The notes under the pieces were generated by a model. The model did not search any database, had not been told where the DNA came from, and was given only the letters and a program-made list of their open reading frames with translations. Below, piece after piece: positions 9,590 through 18,382 of a stretch of DNA of 64,000 bases; the first letter of the stretch is position 1; the number at the start of each line of letters is the position of its first letter. This stretch comes from Candidatus Rokuibacteriota bacterium. Its GTDB lineage: Bacteria; Methylomirabilota; Methylomirabilia; Rokubacteriales; CSP1-6. A program made the position numbers and the translations under genes. The stretch is from positions 270,407 to 334,406 of the forward strand of contig QHTE01000052.1 in assembly GCA_003220685.1 (NCBI GenBank), written 5' to 3'.

Positions 9590-9751
9590 ATGCAGCACAT
9601 GGACCTCTGGTTGGACCTGGCCGTCAGGGGAGAGCCCAATTTGGAAGAGGACGCGCTGGCTCGCCTTCGGCTCTCGGACGGCGCGGATCCCGATCCGCGC
9701 GCCGACGATCGGGGCAGCGAGGAGCCCGTTCTGCCCAGCGAGTTCTTCTAG
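9590..9751 (+). CDS. Possible 53-aa acidic small protein
   Basis: Below the track size cut-off. GGAGGTG lies 6 nt upstream of ATG 9590. Translation: MQHMDLWLDLAVRGEPNLEEDALARLRLSDGADPDPRADDRGSEEPVLPSEFF. The stop is embedded in a perfect hairpin. No homology recognised. Confidence 0.3.
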   Translation: MQHMDLWLDLAVRGEPNLEEDALARLRLSDGADPDPRADDRGSEEPVLPSEFF

Positions 9752-9782
9752 ACGCCGGCGTCAAATCGACGCCGGCGTCTAG
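9748..9782. terminator. Perfect 15-bp inverted repeat with 5-nt loop, candidate bidirectional terminator
   Basis: CTAGACGCCGGCGTC (9748-9762), AAATC, GACGCCGGCGTCTAG (9768-9782), between convergent small ORFs. No U-tract. Confidence 0.5.
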
Positions 9783-9785
9783 TCC

Positions 9786-9959
9786 TCAGCGCGTCGCGGC
9801 GCGGATGACCGCCAGGATCCCCACGGCGACCGCCACGACGACCCAGATCGCCCCTTTGGGCAGGCGGAGCATCTCGACGACCGCCACCGCGAATCCGGCG
9901 GCGATGACGACACTCGCCGAGAGAACCGTGCCGGTGCGGGACCGCTTGCTCCTCAGCAA
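9786..9959 (-). CDS. Possible small two-helix membrane protein (57 aa from TTG)
   Basis: My reverse translation: LLRSKRSRTGTVLSASVVIAAGFAVAVVEMLRLPKGAIWVVVAVAVGILAVIRAATR. It starts 8 nt after the GT9 stop. TTG start and weak SD. Confidence 0.3.
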   Translation of the reverse strand: MLRSKRSRTGTVLSASVVIAAGFAVAVVEMLRLPKGAIWVVVAVAVGILAVIRAATR

Positions 9960-9966
9960 CGGCGTC

Positions 9967-10905
9967 TCACCGTAGAAAGGCCGTGAGCTCGGCTGTCACT
10001 CGCATGGCGTCGGATCTCTCCGCCCCGGGCGAGATGACCACCGGCTCGACGTGCTCCGCCCACGGGCGCCACATCAGCCGCTCGGCGCCGAAGAGCACGA
10101 TCGAGGGAACGCCGACAGCCGCGGCCAGGTGGCTGATCCCGGAGTCGTTGCCGAGATAAGCCGTTGCGTGAGTCAAGATGCCCGCCAGGAGCGGGAGCGG
10201 CGGCTCCCGGAGCGTTATGGCCCGTGCCGTCAGGGGCTCCGGGAGCGCCGCCACGGCGTCGAAGTCGGCCGGCCCCTGATGGAGAACGATCGCGAGGCGC
10301 GGCAATGTCGCGACTTGCTCGAGCACCGCGGCGAATCCCGTCGCCGGCCACCGCTTCCCGCGCCCCCCTGCCCCGGGATGTGCGAGCAGCACCCGATCGC
10401 TCCCATTCCATCCGTCCTCTACGAGCTCGCGGCGCGCCTCGTCTCGGAGCGCGTCGGGCACCTCGAGCGGGACGCGGATCGCGCGGTCGCCGCGTGCCGC
10501 GCCCGCGCCCACCGTGTCCACGAGATGCTCCCACACCGGACGCCCCGCGCCGACCGACGGGGCCACGATCGAGCCCGGCACGAGCGCGGTGAGCCGCTCC
10601 ACGAAGCCGGGCTCGCGCGAGCCGATCCACGCGATCACCCGCCGGGCCCGGCGCAGATCGTCCGCGCAGCGCGCCGGCCATTCGCGCCGGCGGTCGTCGG
10701 GCTCGGGCTCGAACAGCGCGTCGAGCCCCAGGGCCTCGAAGTCGAGCGCTCGATGCACCACGCCGAGCATCTCGAGGAGCCGGCCGATCCGCGGCTGCGC
10801 CGCGAGGACGAGGCGGTCGCCCGGCGAGGCCCGTCGAAGGACGCGAAGCGCCGGAATCGTCAGGAGCACGTCCCCGAGCGCCCCGGGATGGATCGCGAGC
10901 GTCAG
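9967..10905 (-). CDS. Glycosyltransferase family 9 (LPS heptosyltransferase-like)
   Basis: LTLAIHPGALGDVLLTIPALRVL N-terminal motif and GNDSGISHLAAAVGVP near the C-terminus. The start is uncertain. The family motif begins at a CTG overlapping the upstream TGA (10903-10905). The only canonical starts (GTG 11034/11049) would overlap the IMPase gene by about 130-147 nt. Confidence 0.8.
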   Translation of the reverse strand: MTLAIHPGALGDVLLTIPALRVLRRASPGDRLVLAAQPRIGRLLEMLGVVHRALDFEALGLDALFEPEPDDRRREWPARCADDLRRARRVIAWIGSREPGFVERLTALVPGSIVAPSVGAGRPVWEHLVDTVGAGAARGDRAIRVPLEVPDALRDEARRELVEDGWNGSDRVLLAHPGAGGRGKRWPATGFAAVLEQVATLPRLAIVLHQGPADFDAVAALPEPLTARAITLREPPLPLLAGILTHATAYLGNDSGISHLAAAVGVPSIVLFGAERLMWRPWAEHVEPVVISPGAERSDAMRVTAELTAFLR

Positions 10906-11675
10906 GGGCGGAGCAGCGCCAGCGCGGCATCGTGGAGGCGTCGATTCGTCGCCAGCGCGGAGCTCGAGTAGATCGTCGGACGGCCCTCGAGATCGGTGAA
11001 CCGGCCGCCCGCCTCCTCGACGAGGATCTTGCACGGCGCCAGATCCCACGGCTTCAATCCCGACCCTTCCGGGTAGATCTCGGCGTAGACCTCGACCTTG
11101 CCCTCGGCGATCAAGCAGTAGCCTTTGTAGTCGCCGAAGCCGCGCTGCCGGTCGGTCGCGTCCACGAGCCGCATGAAGCCGTCCCAGTACCTCGTCGTCC
11201 GCGCGGCGCGCAGCCCGGCGTGCAGCAGATACGCCTGGCTCAGGTCGGCCTCGTCGGAGACGCGGAGGCGCTCGCCGTTCAGGAAGGCGCCGCCGCCGCG
11301 GCGCGCGGTGTAGAGCTCGCCGGTGACCGGGTTGTGGATGACGCCGACGGTGATCTCGCCGTGCTCTTCGAGCGCGATCAACGTCGCCCAGATCGGGATG
11401 CGGCGCACGAAGTTCTTCGTCCCGTCGATCGGATCGATGATCCAGCGCGTCGCGGCGTTCCCGGAGCCACCGAACTCCTCGCCGAGGAACCCGTGCTCGG
11501 GAAACGCGCGGCCGAGGATCTCGACGATCGTCCGCTCGGCCTCGCGATCCGCCTGGGTCACCGGGGTGGCGTCCGGCTTGAGGGCGATCTCGAACCCGGC
11601 GTTGTAGTACTTCAGCGCGACGCGCCCGGCGGCCCGCGCCGCGTCGACCGCGGCCGCCAGCGCCGCGTCGCTCAC
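10902..11675 (-). CDS. Inositol monophosphatase family protein
   Basis: GTG 11675 (GTGA overlap with the upstream stop). Motifs FLGEEFG and WIIDPIDGTKNF, plus C-terminal WDLAPCKILVEEAGG. The 422-aa track ORF is an upstream extension. Confidence 0.9.
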   Translation of the reverse strand: MSDAALAAAVDAARAAGRVALKYYNAGFEIALKPDATPVTQADREAERTIVEILGRAFPEHGFLGEEFGGSGNAATRWIIDPIDGTKNFVRRIPIWATLIALEEHGEITVGVIHNPVTGELYTARRGGGAFLNGERLRVSDEADLSQAYLLHAGLRAARTTRYWDGFMRLVDATDRQRGFGDYKGYCLIAEGKVEVYAEIYPEGSGLKPWDLAPCKILVEEAGGRFTDLEGRPTIYSSSALATNRRLHDAALALLRP

Positions 11676-12088
11676 TTCGCGGGCTCGTCGGCCGGGAAGG
11701 GCTCGCCGCGCTCGGCCAGGACCTGCGCGTAGACCTCCAGCGCGTCGACGACGACCGGCATGCCGCCGTAGGTGACCATCTGGAAGATCACCTCCGCCAC
11801 TTCCTGGCGCGTGGCGCCGACGTTGAGCGCCGCGTGGATGTGCGCGCGCACCTCGGTCGGGCGATGGAGCGCGGTGAGGGCGGCGACCGCGCAGAGCTCG
11901 CGCTGCTTCTGCGAGAGGACTTCGCGGCTGTAGAGCACGCCGGTGAAGAACAGCGAGAGCTCGCGCGCGAGCCCCTTGTCGAACCGTTTCCACATCTCGA
12001 ATCCCGAGCCGCCCTTCAAGGTGTGGAACAGCTTCTGACTCGTTTTCTTCGTGAGGGCTTTCAGCTCGGCGTCGTCCATGAGCGCCAT
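11672..12088 (-). CDS. Carboxymuconolactone decarboxylase (AhpD-like) family protein
   Basis: Start MALMDDAELKAL at complement ATG 12086-12088, preceded by AAGGAG. Has the SQKQRELCAVAALTAL...HIHAAL core. Confidence 0.8.
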   Translation of the reverse strand: MALMDDAELKALTKKTSQKLFHTLKGGSGFEMWKRFDKGLARELSLFFTGVLYSREVLSQKQRELCAVAALTALHRPTEVRAHIHAALNVGATRQEVAEVIFQMVTYGGMPVVVDALEVYAQVLAERGEPFPADEPAK

Positions 12089-12171
12089 GGCGTCTCCTTC
12101 GTGGGGATGGTAACCTGCGACGTCGGCGGCGCGTCGCGCCGTCACAATAACGTAGCCGAGGGGACCGCACA

Positions 12172-13539
12172 ATGTTGAACCCGCACGTGTTCCGCGCCTA
12201 CGACGTGCGCGGGCTCGTCGGCAGCGACATCAACCCCGACGTGTTCCGCCAGGTCGGGCGCGCCTACGCGACCATGATCCGCCGCAACGGCGGCCGGCGG
12301 ATCGCCGTCGGCCAGGACAATCGCCTGTCGTCGAACGAGCTCAAGGGGGGCTTCGTCGAGGGCGTGCGCGCGGCCGGCGTCGACGTGGTCGACATCGGGC
12401 TGTCGACCACGCCACTCCTCTACTTCGCGACCGCGCACTGGAAGCTGGACGGCGGCGCCAACATCACCGGCAGCCACAACCCCATCGAGTACAACGGCGT
12501 GAAGATGGTGCATCCCGCGGCGGCGCCCCTGTCCGAGGAGGAGATCCAGACGCTGCGCACGACGATCGAGCGCGGCGACTTCGAGACCGGAAACGGCGGG
12601 CTCCACGACCGGAGCCCCCGCGACGACTACTTCGACACGATCGCCGGGATCGTCCGTCCCCCGCGGCGCCTGAAGGTCGTGGTCGACGCCGGAAACGGCG
12701 TCGCCGGGCTCTACGGCCCCGAGCTCTTGCGCCGCATCGGCTGCGACGTCGTCGAGCTCTTCTGCGAGTCGGACGGGCGCTTTCCCAATCACCTGCCCGA
12801 CCCCGAGGACGAGCGCAACGTCGCCGATCTGAAAATCAAGGTGCTCGAGGTCGGCGCCGACATCGGCATCGCCTACGACGGCGACGCCGACCGGGTGGGG
12901 GTCGTCGACGAGCGCGGCCAGCGTCACGAGGCGGATCTGATCCTGATCCTGCTCGCGCGCGATCTCTTGACGCGCCATCCCGGCGCCAAGATCGTGTTCG
13001 ACGTGAAGTCCTCGCAGGCGCTGGTCGACGACATCCGGCAGCACGGCGGCGTGCCCATCATGTGGAAGACCGGCCACTCGCACCTCAAGCGCAAGATGCG
13101 CGACGACCACATCCTGCTCGGCGGCGAGGTCAGCGGGCACATGTTCTTCGCCGAGAACTACTACGGCGTCGACGACGGGATCCTCGCCTCGTGCAAGATC
13201 ATCGAGCTGACGGCGCGGGCTACCGAGCCGCTCTCGCGGCTCTTCAGCTCGATCCCCCACCTGCGCGCGACCCCCGAGCTCAAGGCGCCGTGTCCGGACG
13301 GCGAGAAGTTCCGGGTCGTCGAGGCCGTCACGCGCGAGCTCAAGCAGCGGTACGAGACGATCGATACGGACGGCGCGCGCGTCATCTTCCCCGGACGCGG
13401 GTGGGGGCTCGTCCGCGCCTCGAACACGAATCCGTATCTCACGCTCCGGTTCGAGGCCAGGACCGACCGCGAGATCGAGGAGATGAAGCGCGAGATCTAC
13501 GCCGTGCTGCGCCACTACCCCGTGACGCTGCCCGACTAG
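12172..13539 (+). CDS. Phosphomannomutase/phosphoglucomutase
   Basis: 455 aa. FRAYDVRG, the active-site loop TGSHNP, the metal loop YDGDADR and GGEVSGH. Confidence 0.95.
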   Translation: MLNPHVFRAYDVRGLVGSDINPDVFRQVGRAYATMIRRNGGRRIAVGQDNRLSSNELKGGFVEGVRAAGVDVVDIGLSTTPLLYFATAHWKLDGGANITGSHNPIEYNGVKMVHPAAAPLSEEEIQTLRTTIERGDFETGNGGLHDRSPRDDYFDTIAGIVRPPRRLKVVVDAGNGVAGLYGPELLRRIGCDVVELFCESDGRFPNHLPDPEDERNVADLKIKVLEVGADIGIAYDGDADRVGVVDERGQRHEADLILILLARDLLTRHPGAKIVFDVKSSQALVDDIRQHGGVPIMWKTGHSHLKRKMRDDHILLGGEVSGHMFFAENYYGVDDGILASCKIIELTARATEPLSRLFSSIPHLRATPELKAPCPDGEKFRVVEAVTRELKQRYETIDTDGARVIFPGRGWGLVRASNTNPYLTLRFEARTDREIEEMKREIYAVLRHYPVTLPD

Positions 13540-13552
13540 CGGCTCGACGCGG

Positions 13553-14248
13553 CTACTTCCAGCTCAGCGCAAGACGGACGGCCGAGAGCAGGTCGGGCGC
13601 CATCGCGCAGTCGCGCGGGCCCCAGAAGCCGCCGGGATCGAGCAGCACCGCCCGCAGGCCGGCGGCGCCCGCACCCCGGACGTCGATCGAATAGAAGTCG
13701 CCGATATAGGCCGCTTCGGACGCGGGGACTCCCGCCTGCGCCAGCGCCAGCTCGAAGATCCGGGGGTCCGGCTTCTCGACACCGACCTCACGCGAGTCGA
13801 TGACGAAATCGAGATAGGGTGCCAGCCCGACCGTCGTCAGCATCGATCGGGCCATGCTGTTCGAGTTGGAGATCGCCGCGGAACGCGCGCCCGACCCGCG
13901 CACGAGCTCGAGCGCTTCGAGCGCTTGAGGATCACGGCTGGACCAGATGCCGACCGGCGGATTGTAGGTCCGCCGCCACTCGGCGACCCGCTCGACCGTG
14001 TGGGCGTCGCCGACCCCGAGCCCTTCCAGGACAAACCTCATATAGCGAGTCGCGGACGTCGCGGTCTCGGTCGACGCGCCCGCGACGCGCGCGAACACCT
14101 GGTCGTCCAGGTGCACGCGCGCCTGCCACTCGGCGCGCTGGACCGCGTCGGGCGCGACGCGCACGCCGTGGCGCGCCAGCTCGGCGGCGATGGCAGCGTA
14201 GTCCATGCGGAGCAAGGTGTTGCCGGCGTCGAAGAAGATGACCCGAAT
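13553..14248 (-). CDS. HAD superfamily hydrolase (subfamily IA-like)
   Basis: The canonical-start ORF is 13553..14215 (TTG). The in-frame codons just upstream read IRVIFFDAGNTLL, which is HAD motif I, so the gene must extend to at least about 14245. Motif III/IV is IGDFYSIDVRGA. Confidence 0.75.
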   Translation of the reverse strand: MRVIFFDAGNTLLRMDYAAIAAELARHGVRVAPDAVQRAEWQARVHLDDQVFARVAGASTETATSATRYMRFVLEGLGVGDAHTVERVAEWRRTYNPPVGIWSSRDPQALEALELVRGSGARSAAISNSNSMARSMLTTVGLAPYLDFVIDSREVGVEKPDPRIFELALAQAGVPASEAAYIGDFYSIDVRGAGAAGLRAVLLDPGGFWGPRDCAMAPDLLSAVRLALSWK

Positions 14249-14289
14249 GCTCCCAGTATAGTCGCTGACCCATCCGGTACACTGGCCCG

Positions 14290-16266
14290 GTGTACGCGCT
14301 CGGACTCGCCGCCCGCTGGCTCCATCTCGCCAGCTCGGTCCTCCTCGTCGGCGCCGCGGCGATGATCGTGATGGCCGGCCGCTCCGACCGCGCGACGGCG
14401 CAGCGCTGGGAGCGGCGCGTGCTCGCCTCCGCGTGGATCTGGGCGCTCGCGGCGCTCGCTTCCGGTGTCGTGATCGTCGGCACGCAGACCGCGCTCTTCG
14501 AAGGCCGCGCGGCCGCCGCCTTCGAGCCCCGCGCGATCGGCCAGATGCTGCTCGAGACCCAGGCGGGCCGCGTGTGGCTGGTCCGCGCCGGGATCCTCAC
14601 GATCCTCGCCGTCTTTCTTTCCCTGCACGTGTCGGTCGAGCGGCGCGCCGACTGGCGGGCGGCGCGGGGTGAAGTGGCCATGCTCGCCGTCGCCGCGCTG
14701 CTGCCGCTCGCCGCTTCAGGCCACGCCGCCGCCGTCGAGCCCGACACCGCGCGCGCGATCGCATCCGACGGCCTGCACGTGCTCGCGGCCGGCATCTGGG
14801 TCGGCGGCCTCGTGCCGCTGGCGCGTCTGCTGAGGGCGGCCGCCACGGAAGAGGGCGCCGACGCGCGACCGTACGCCGTCCTCGCCGCGCGCCGCTTCTC
14901 GCGCACGGCGCTGGCCATGATCGTCCTGCTGGCCGCCACGGGCGCCGGGCTCGCGATCTTTCACGTCGGCAGTGTCGCCGGGCTGGTCGGCACGAGCTAC
15001 GGACGACTGCTGCTCGGCAAGCTCGCACTGCTTGCGCTCGCGCTCGCCATCGCCGCGCTGAATCGCTCCGTCCTGCTCGCCCGCCTGGGTGGCGACGGGC
15101 CGACCGTTGGACGCCCCGCGATGCGCCGCCTCTCGGGCTTCGTGCTGGTCGAGGCGGCGCTGGCGCTCGCGATCCTCGTCATCGTGGCGGCGATGAACGT
15201 CACGCCGCCGGCCCGCCACGAGCCGCCGGTGTGGCCGTTCACGTTCCGCCTCTCCTTCGCCGCGCTCGAGGGCCGCGCCGAGGAGGCGACGCGGGCGTTG
15301 ATTGGAAGTCAGATCGGCATCGTCGGCCTCGTCGCGCTGATCGCCGGGCTCGCGATGCGCGCCTGGCGGCTTCCGCTCGCCGCCGTCGCGCTCGCCTCGC
15401 TCGGTGCCGGCGCCGGGCTCGCGCTTCCCCCCCTGGCGATCGACGCCTACCCGACGACGTATCTCAGGCCCTCGGTGCCCTATCAGGCCGGCGCGATCGT
15501 GGCCGGCGCCGCGCTCTACCAGGCCAACTGCGCCGGCTGCCACGGGCCCCGCGGCGCTGGCGACGGCCCCGAGGGGCGCGGGCTGCCGCGTGCGCCCGCC
15601 GATCTGCGCGCGCCCCACACCGCGCAGCACACCGCGGGCGACCTCTTCTGGTGGATCAGCCACGGGATCCCCGGCTCCGGCATGCCGGGATTCGCCTCCC
15701 GTCTCGGCGAGGAGCAGTGCTGGGAGCTGATCAATTACCTGCGCGCGCTGTCGGCCGGATACGCGGCCCGCAACATGGGGCCCACCGTCGAGCGCGACCG
15801 GCGCTGGCTCGTCGCGCCCGACTTCACGTTCGCCGTCGGCCCCACACCGCCGCGCGCGCTCAAGGACTTTCGCGGACGCACCGTGCTGGTCGTCCTCTAT
15901 GCGCTGCCCGGGTCGCGCGCGCGCATGAGCCAGCTCGCAGGGCGCGAGGGCACCCTGGCCATGCTCGGCGTGGAGGTCATCGCGGTGCCGATCGACGCCG
16001 ACCCGGACGCGATCCGCCGTCTCGGTCCCGACCCTCGCGTCCTGTTTCCGGTCGTCACCCAGGGCGCCGAGACGATCGTGGCGGCGTACCGGCTCTTTGC
16101 GGTCGCGCCCCACGTCGAGCTGCTGGTCGACCGCCAGGGCTACGTCCGCGCGATCACGCGCGGCAGCGGTGACGCGGCCGACCTGGACGCGCTGGTCGCC
16201 CGGGTCCAGCAGCTCAACGCGGAAAAGATCGCGGCGGAGGCGGCGCCGGAGGAGCACGTGCACTGA
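14290..16266 (+). CDS. CopD-family membrane protein fused to a cytochrome c domain and a Cys-less thioredoxin-fold (AhpC/TSA-like) domain
   Basis: 658 aa. N-terminal polytopic region of CopD type, two further helices, CAGCH haem motif with downstream GSGMPGF, and a C-terminal FRGRTVLVVLYALPGS...ELLVDRQGYVR thioredoxin-like fold without cysteine. Confidence 0.8.
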   Translation: MYALGLAARWLHLASSVLLVGAAAMIVMAGRSDRATAQRWERRVLASAWIWALAALASGVVIVGTQTALFEGRAAAAFEPRAIGQMLLETQAGRVWLVRAGILTILAVFLSLHVSVERRADWRAARGEVAMLAVAALLPLAASGHAAAVEPDTARAIASDGLHVLAAGIWVGGLVPLARLLRAAATEEGADARPYAVLAARRFSRTALAMIVLLAATGAGLAIFHVGSVAGLVGTSYGRLLLGKLALLALALAIAALNRSVLLARLGGDGPTVGRPAMRRLSGFVLVEAALALAILVIVAAMNVTPPARHEPPVWPFTFRLSFAALEGRAEEATRALIGSQIGIVGLVALIAGLAMRAWRLPLAAVALASLGAGAGLALPPLAIDAYPTTYLRPSVPYQAGAIVAGAALYQANCAGCHGPRGAGDGPEGRGLPRAPADLRAPHTAQHTAGDLFWWISHGIPGSGMPGFASRLGEEQCWELINYLRALSAGYAARNMGPTVERDRRWLVAPDFTFAVGPTPPRALKDFRGRTVLVVLYALPGSRARMSQLAGREGTLAMLGVEVIAVPIDADPDAIRRLGPDPRVLFPVVTQGAETIVAAYRLFAVAPHVELLVDRQGYVRAITRGSGDAADLDALVARVQQLNAEKIAAEAAPEEHVH

Positions 16267-16634
16267 TGCGGGCCTGGAAGGCGGTGCTCCTGATCGACCT
16301 GGCGCTGATCGTCGGCGTGGGCTGGGGCTACGCCTTCTGGGGCCTGCGCGAGGGGCGGCTCGAGCGCGAGCTGTCCGAGGCGCGGGCCGCCGCCGCGAGC
16401 GGGATCGAGCGCCGCTGGGTCGTCGAGGGCGTCGTGCGCGCGATCTTCCCGGAGCTCGGTGTGATCGTGCTCACGCACGGCGACATCCCCGGCTACATGC
16501 CGGCGATGACGATGGGTTTCCGCGTCGCGTCGCCCAAGATTCAGGAAGCCGTTTCCGTGGGGGACGCGGTACGATTTACCCTACAGGGTGTACTACCGAA
16601 CGTGGCGGTGACCACGATCGAGAAGATCAAGTGA
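16266..16634 (+). CDS. CusF-like periplasmic copper-binding protein
   Basis: ATG overlaps the upstream TGA. N-terminal anchor helix. LTHGDIPGYMPAMTMGF matches the CusF-type His/Met motif. Confidence 0.8.
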   Translation: MRAWKAVLLIDLALIVGVGWGYAFWGLREGRLERELSEARAAAASGIERRWVVEGVVRAIFPELGVIVLTHGDIPGYMPAMTMGFRVASPKIQEAVSVGDAVRFTLQGVLPNVAVTTIEKIK

Positions 16635-17608
16635 GGGCCGCTTCCGTGCGATTGTCGAGCCTCTTCCTATTGATCGCGACGCTCTGTGCTGCCGCCCCGG
16701 CCACGGGGGCCACGCTCTACATCACCAACACCAAGTCCGACTCGGCCTCGATCGTCGACACCGACACGCTCGAGGTGGTCGGCACGATCCAGCTCGGTCA
16801 GGGCAAGCCCAACCGGATCGTCTTCCACCCGGACGGCAAGGCGGCCTGGGTCGTCTACGACAAGAGCCACGACCTGGGCGTGATCGACGCCGAGTCGAAG
16901 AAGCTCGTGCGCCGCGTGCAGATCGGCGGCAACCCGTACAACCTCGCCTTCACCCCGGACGGCCGCCACCTCTTGGTGCTCGACTGGTCGAGCGACACGA
17001 GCAACGACGAGGTCATCTTCTACGACCTCAAGGAGCAGAAGATCGACGGGCGGGTGGAAGTCTCCACGTGGCCGGCCCACGCGATCTTCTCCCGGGACGG
17101 CAAACTGGTCTATGTCTCGGGCGAGACGGCGGGCGACGTGACCGTGATCGACGTCGCCCAGCGCAAGGTCGTGGGGCGGATCGTCCACGGCGGGGGCGAC
17201 GCGATGGGCCTGGCCCTTCCCGCCGACGGTAAGACCCTCTACGCCGCCGCGGGCGAGAACAAGACGATCGTCAAGATCGACACGACCACGAACAAGACGG
17301 TGGGCGAGATCCCGGTGCCCGGCATCGTTCACGAGGCGACGCTCACGCTCGATGGCAAGTACCTCTACACAACGCTCCGCAAGACCAACAAGATCGCCGT
17401 GGTCAGCGTGTCCGACGAGAAGGTCGTCAAGGTGATTTCGCAGAAGGGCTATCCCGACCTCGTCACGATGGAGCCGACGGGCCGGTACGCCCTGGTCACC
17501 AACCGCTACGCGGATCTGGTCGGCGTCATCGACCTGTCGACTCAGGCCCAGGTGCGGACGATCCCGGTCGGCAAGGCCCCCCACGGGATGGCGCTGCGGC
17601 CCAGGTAG
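16631..17608 (+). CDS. YVTN-family beta-propeller repeat protein (secreted)
   Basis: In-frame GTG 16631 (GTGA overlap). Signal peptide. Repeated roughly 40-residue units (LYITNTKSDSASIVD, PDGKAAWVV, PDGRHLLVL, DGKLVYVS, DGKTLYAA, DGKYLYTT). Confidence 0.85.
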   Translation: MRAASVRLSSLFLLIATLCAAAPATGATLYITNTKSDSASIVDTDTLEVVGTIQLGQGKPNRIVFHPDGKAAWVVYDKSHDLGVIDAESKKLVRRVQIGGNPYNLAFTPDGRHLLVLDWSSDTSNDEVIFYDLKEQKIDGRVEVSTWPAHAIFSRDGKLVYVSGETAGDVTVIDVAQRKVVGRIVHGGGDAMGLALPADGKTLYAAAGENKTIVKIDTTTNKTVGEIPVPGIVHEATLTLDGKYLYTTLRKTNKIAVVSVSDEKVVKVISQKGYPDLVTMEPTGRYALVTNRYADLVGVIDLSTQAQVRTIPVGKAPHGMALRPR

Positions 17609-17610
17609 GT

Positions 17611-17976
17611 GTGAGCCGGCTCCTCATGGCGGGCCTGGCCGCGCTGGCGCTCTGGCCCGGTGCGGCCCTCGCCCACGCCGTCCTCGTGAAGTCCGTCCCG
17701 GCCCAGCGGGCCACCCTCGCCGAGCCCCCGCCGCGCGTCGAGCTCTGGTTCAACGAGCGACTCGAGCCGGCGTACTCGCGCGCCTCCGTGACCAACGAGG
17801 CGGGCGCCCAGGTCGACCTGCGCGACGGCGCCGTCTCGGTCGAGGACCCCCGGCGCCTTTCCCTCTCCCTGCCGGCGCTCGTGCCCGGCCGCTACACGGT
17901 GAGCTTCCGCGTCCTCTCGGTCGACGGCCACGTCGTCGAGTCGAAGTTGACCTTCACGGTGAAGGAGCGGCGATAG
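17611..17976 (+). CDS. copC: CopC-domain copper-binding protein
   Basis: 121 aa. The signal peptide ends ALA|HAVL, giving the N-terminal His of the mature CopC Cu(II) site. Has YTVSFRVLSVDGHVVESKLTFTV. Confidence 0.85.
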   Translation: MSRLLMAGLAALALWPGAALAHAVLVKSVPAQRATLAEPPPRVELWFNERLEPAYSRASVTNEAGAQVDLRDGAVSVEDPRRLSLSLPALVPGRYTVSFRVLSVDGHVVESKLTFTVKERR

Positions 17977-18013
17977 CTTGCAATCCGCCACCGATCGTGG
18001 TGTTGTAGCCGCA

Positions 18014-18295
18014 ATGCCGAAGCGCCGCGCTTTCCCCTTGCTGCTGAGCGTCGTAGCGCTTCTGCTCGCCGGCGCGAGCCTGCCTCACACACACGCCGGC
18101 TCGAGCCCGGGCCTCTGGAACGCCGACCACGACCTGACTCTCATGGCGGCGTTCGGCACCCATGCGTGCCAGCTCGACGCGATGCCGGTCATCGGGATCG
18201 CGCTCGTGCTCGCGGCGGCGGTCTCCCTGGCCGCGGCGCAGGTCGGCCCGGCTCCGGCTCGACTCTCCGACTCGCGCGCCCCGCCCCGCTTCTAG
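18014..18295 (+). CDS. Small His/Cys-bearing membrane protein (hypothetical, possibly DUF2946-like)
   Basis: ATG 18014 within track ORF 17978..18295. MPKRRAFPLLLSVVALLLAG anchor, LPHTHAG and GTHAC motifs, and a second helix. The family assignment is from memory only. Confidence 0.5.
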   Translation: MPKRRAFPLLLSVVALLLAGASLPHTHAGSSPGLWNADHDLTLMAAFGTHACQLDAMPVIGIALVLAAAVSLAAAQVGPAPARLSDSRAPPRF

Positions 18296-18382
18296 CTCCT
18301 CTACTCGTCCACCAGCTTCGAGCTCGTCCGCGACCCCGCGTCGCGGCAACGGTCGACGAATTGAATTCACCGGAGGACCGGA

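Noticed and set aside
9550-9975. 141-aa + strand ORF covering the spacer and the hairpin
   Set aside because: It is Arg/Ala/Ser-rich, crosses the perfect hairpin and is antisense to the small membrane ORF. The shorter SD-preceded frame at 9590 is more plausible but still tentative.
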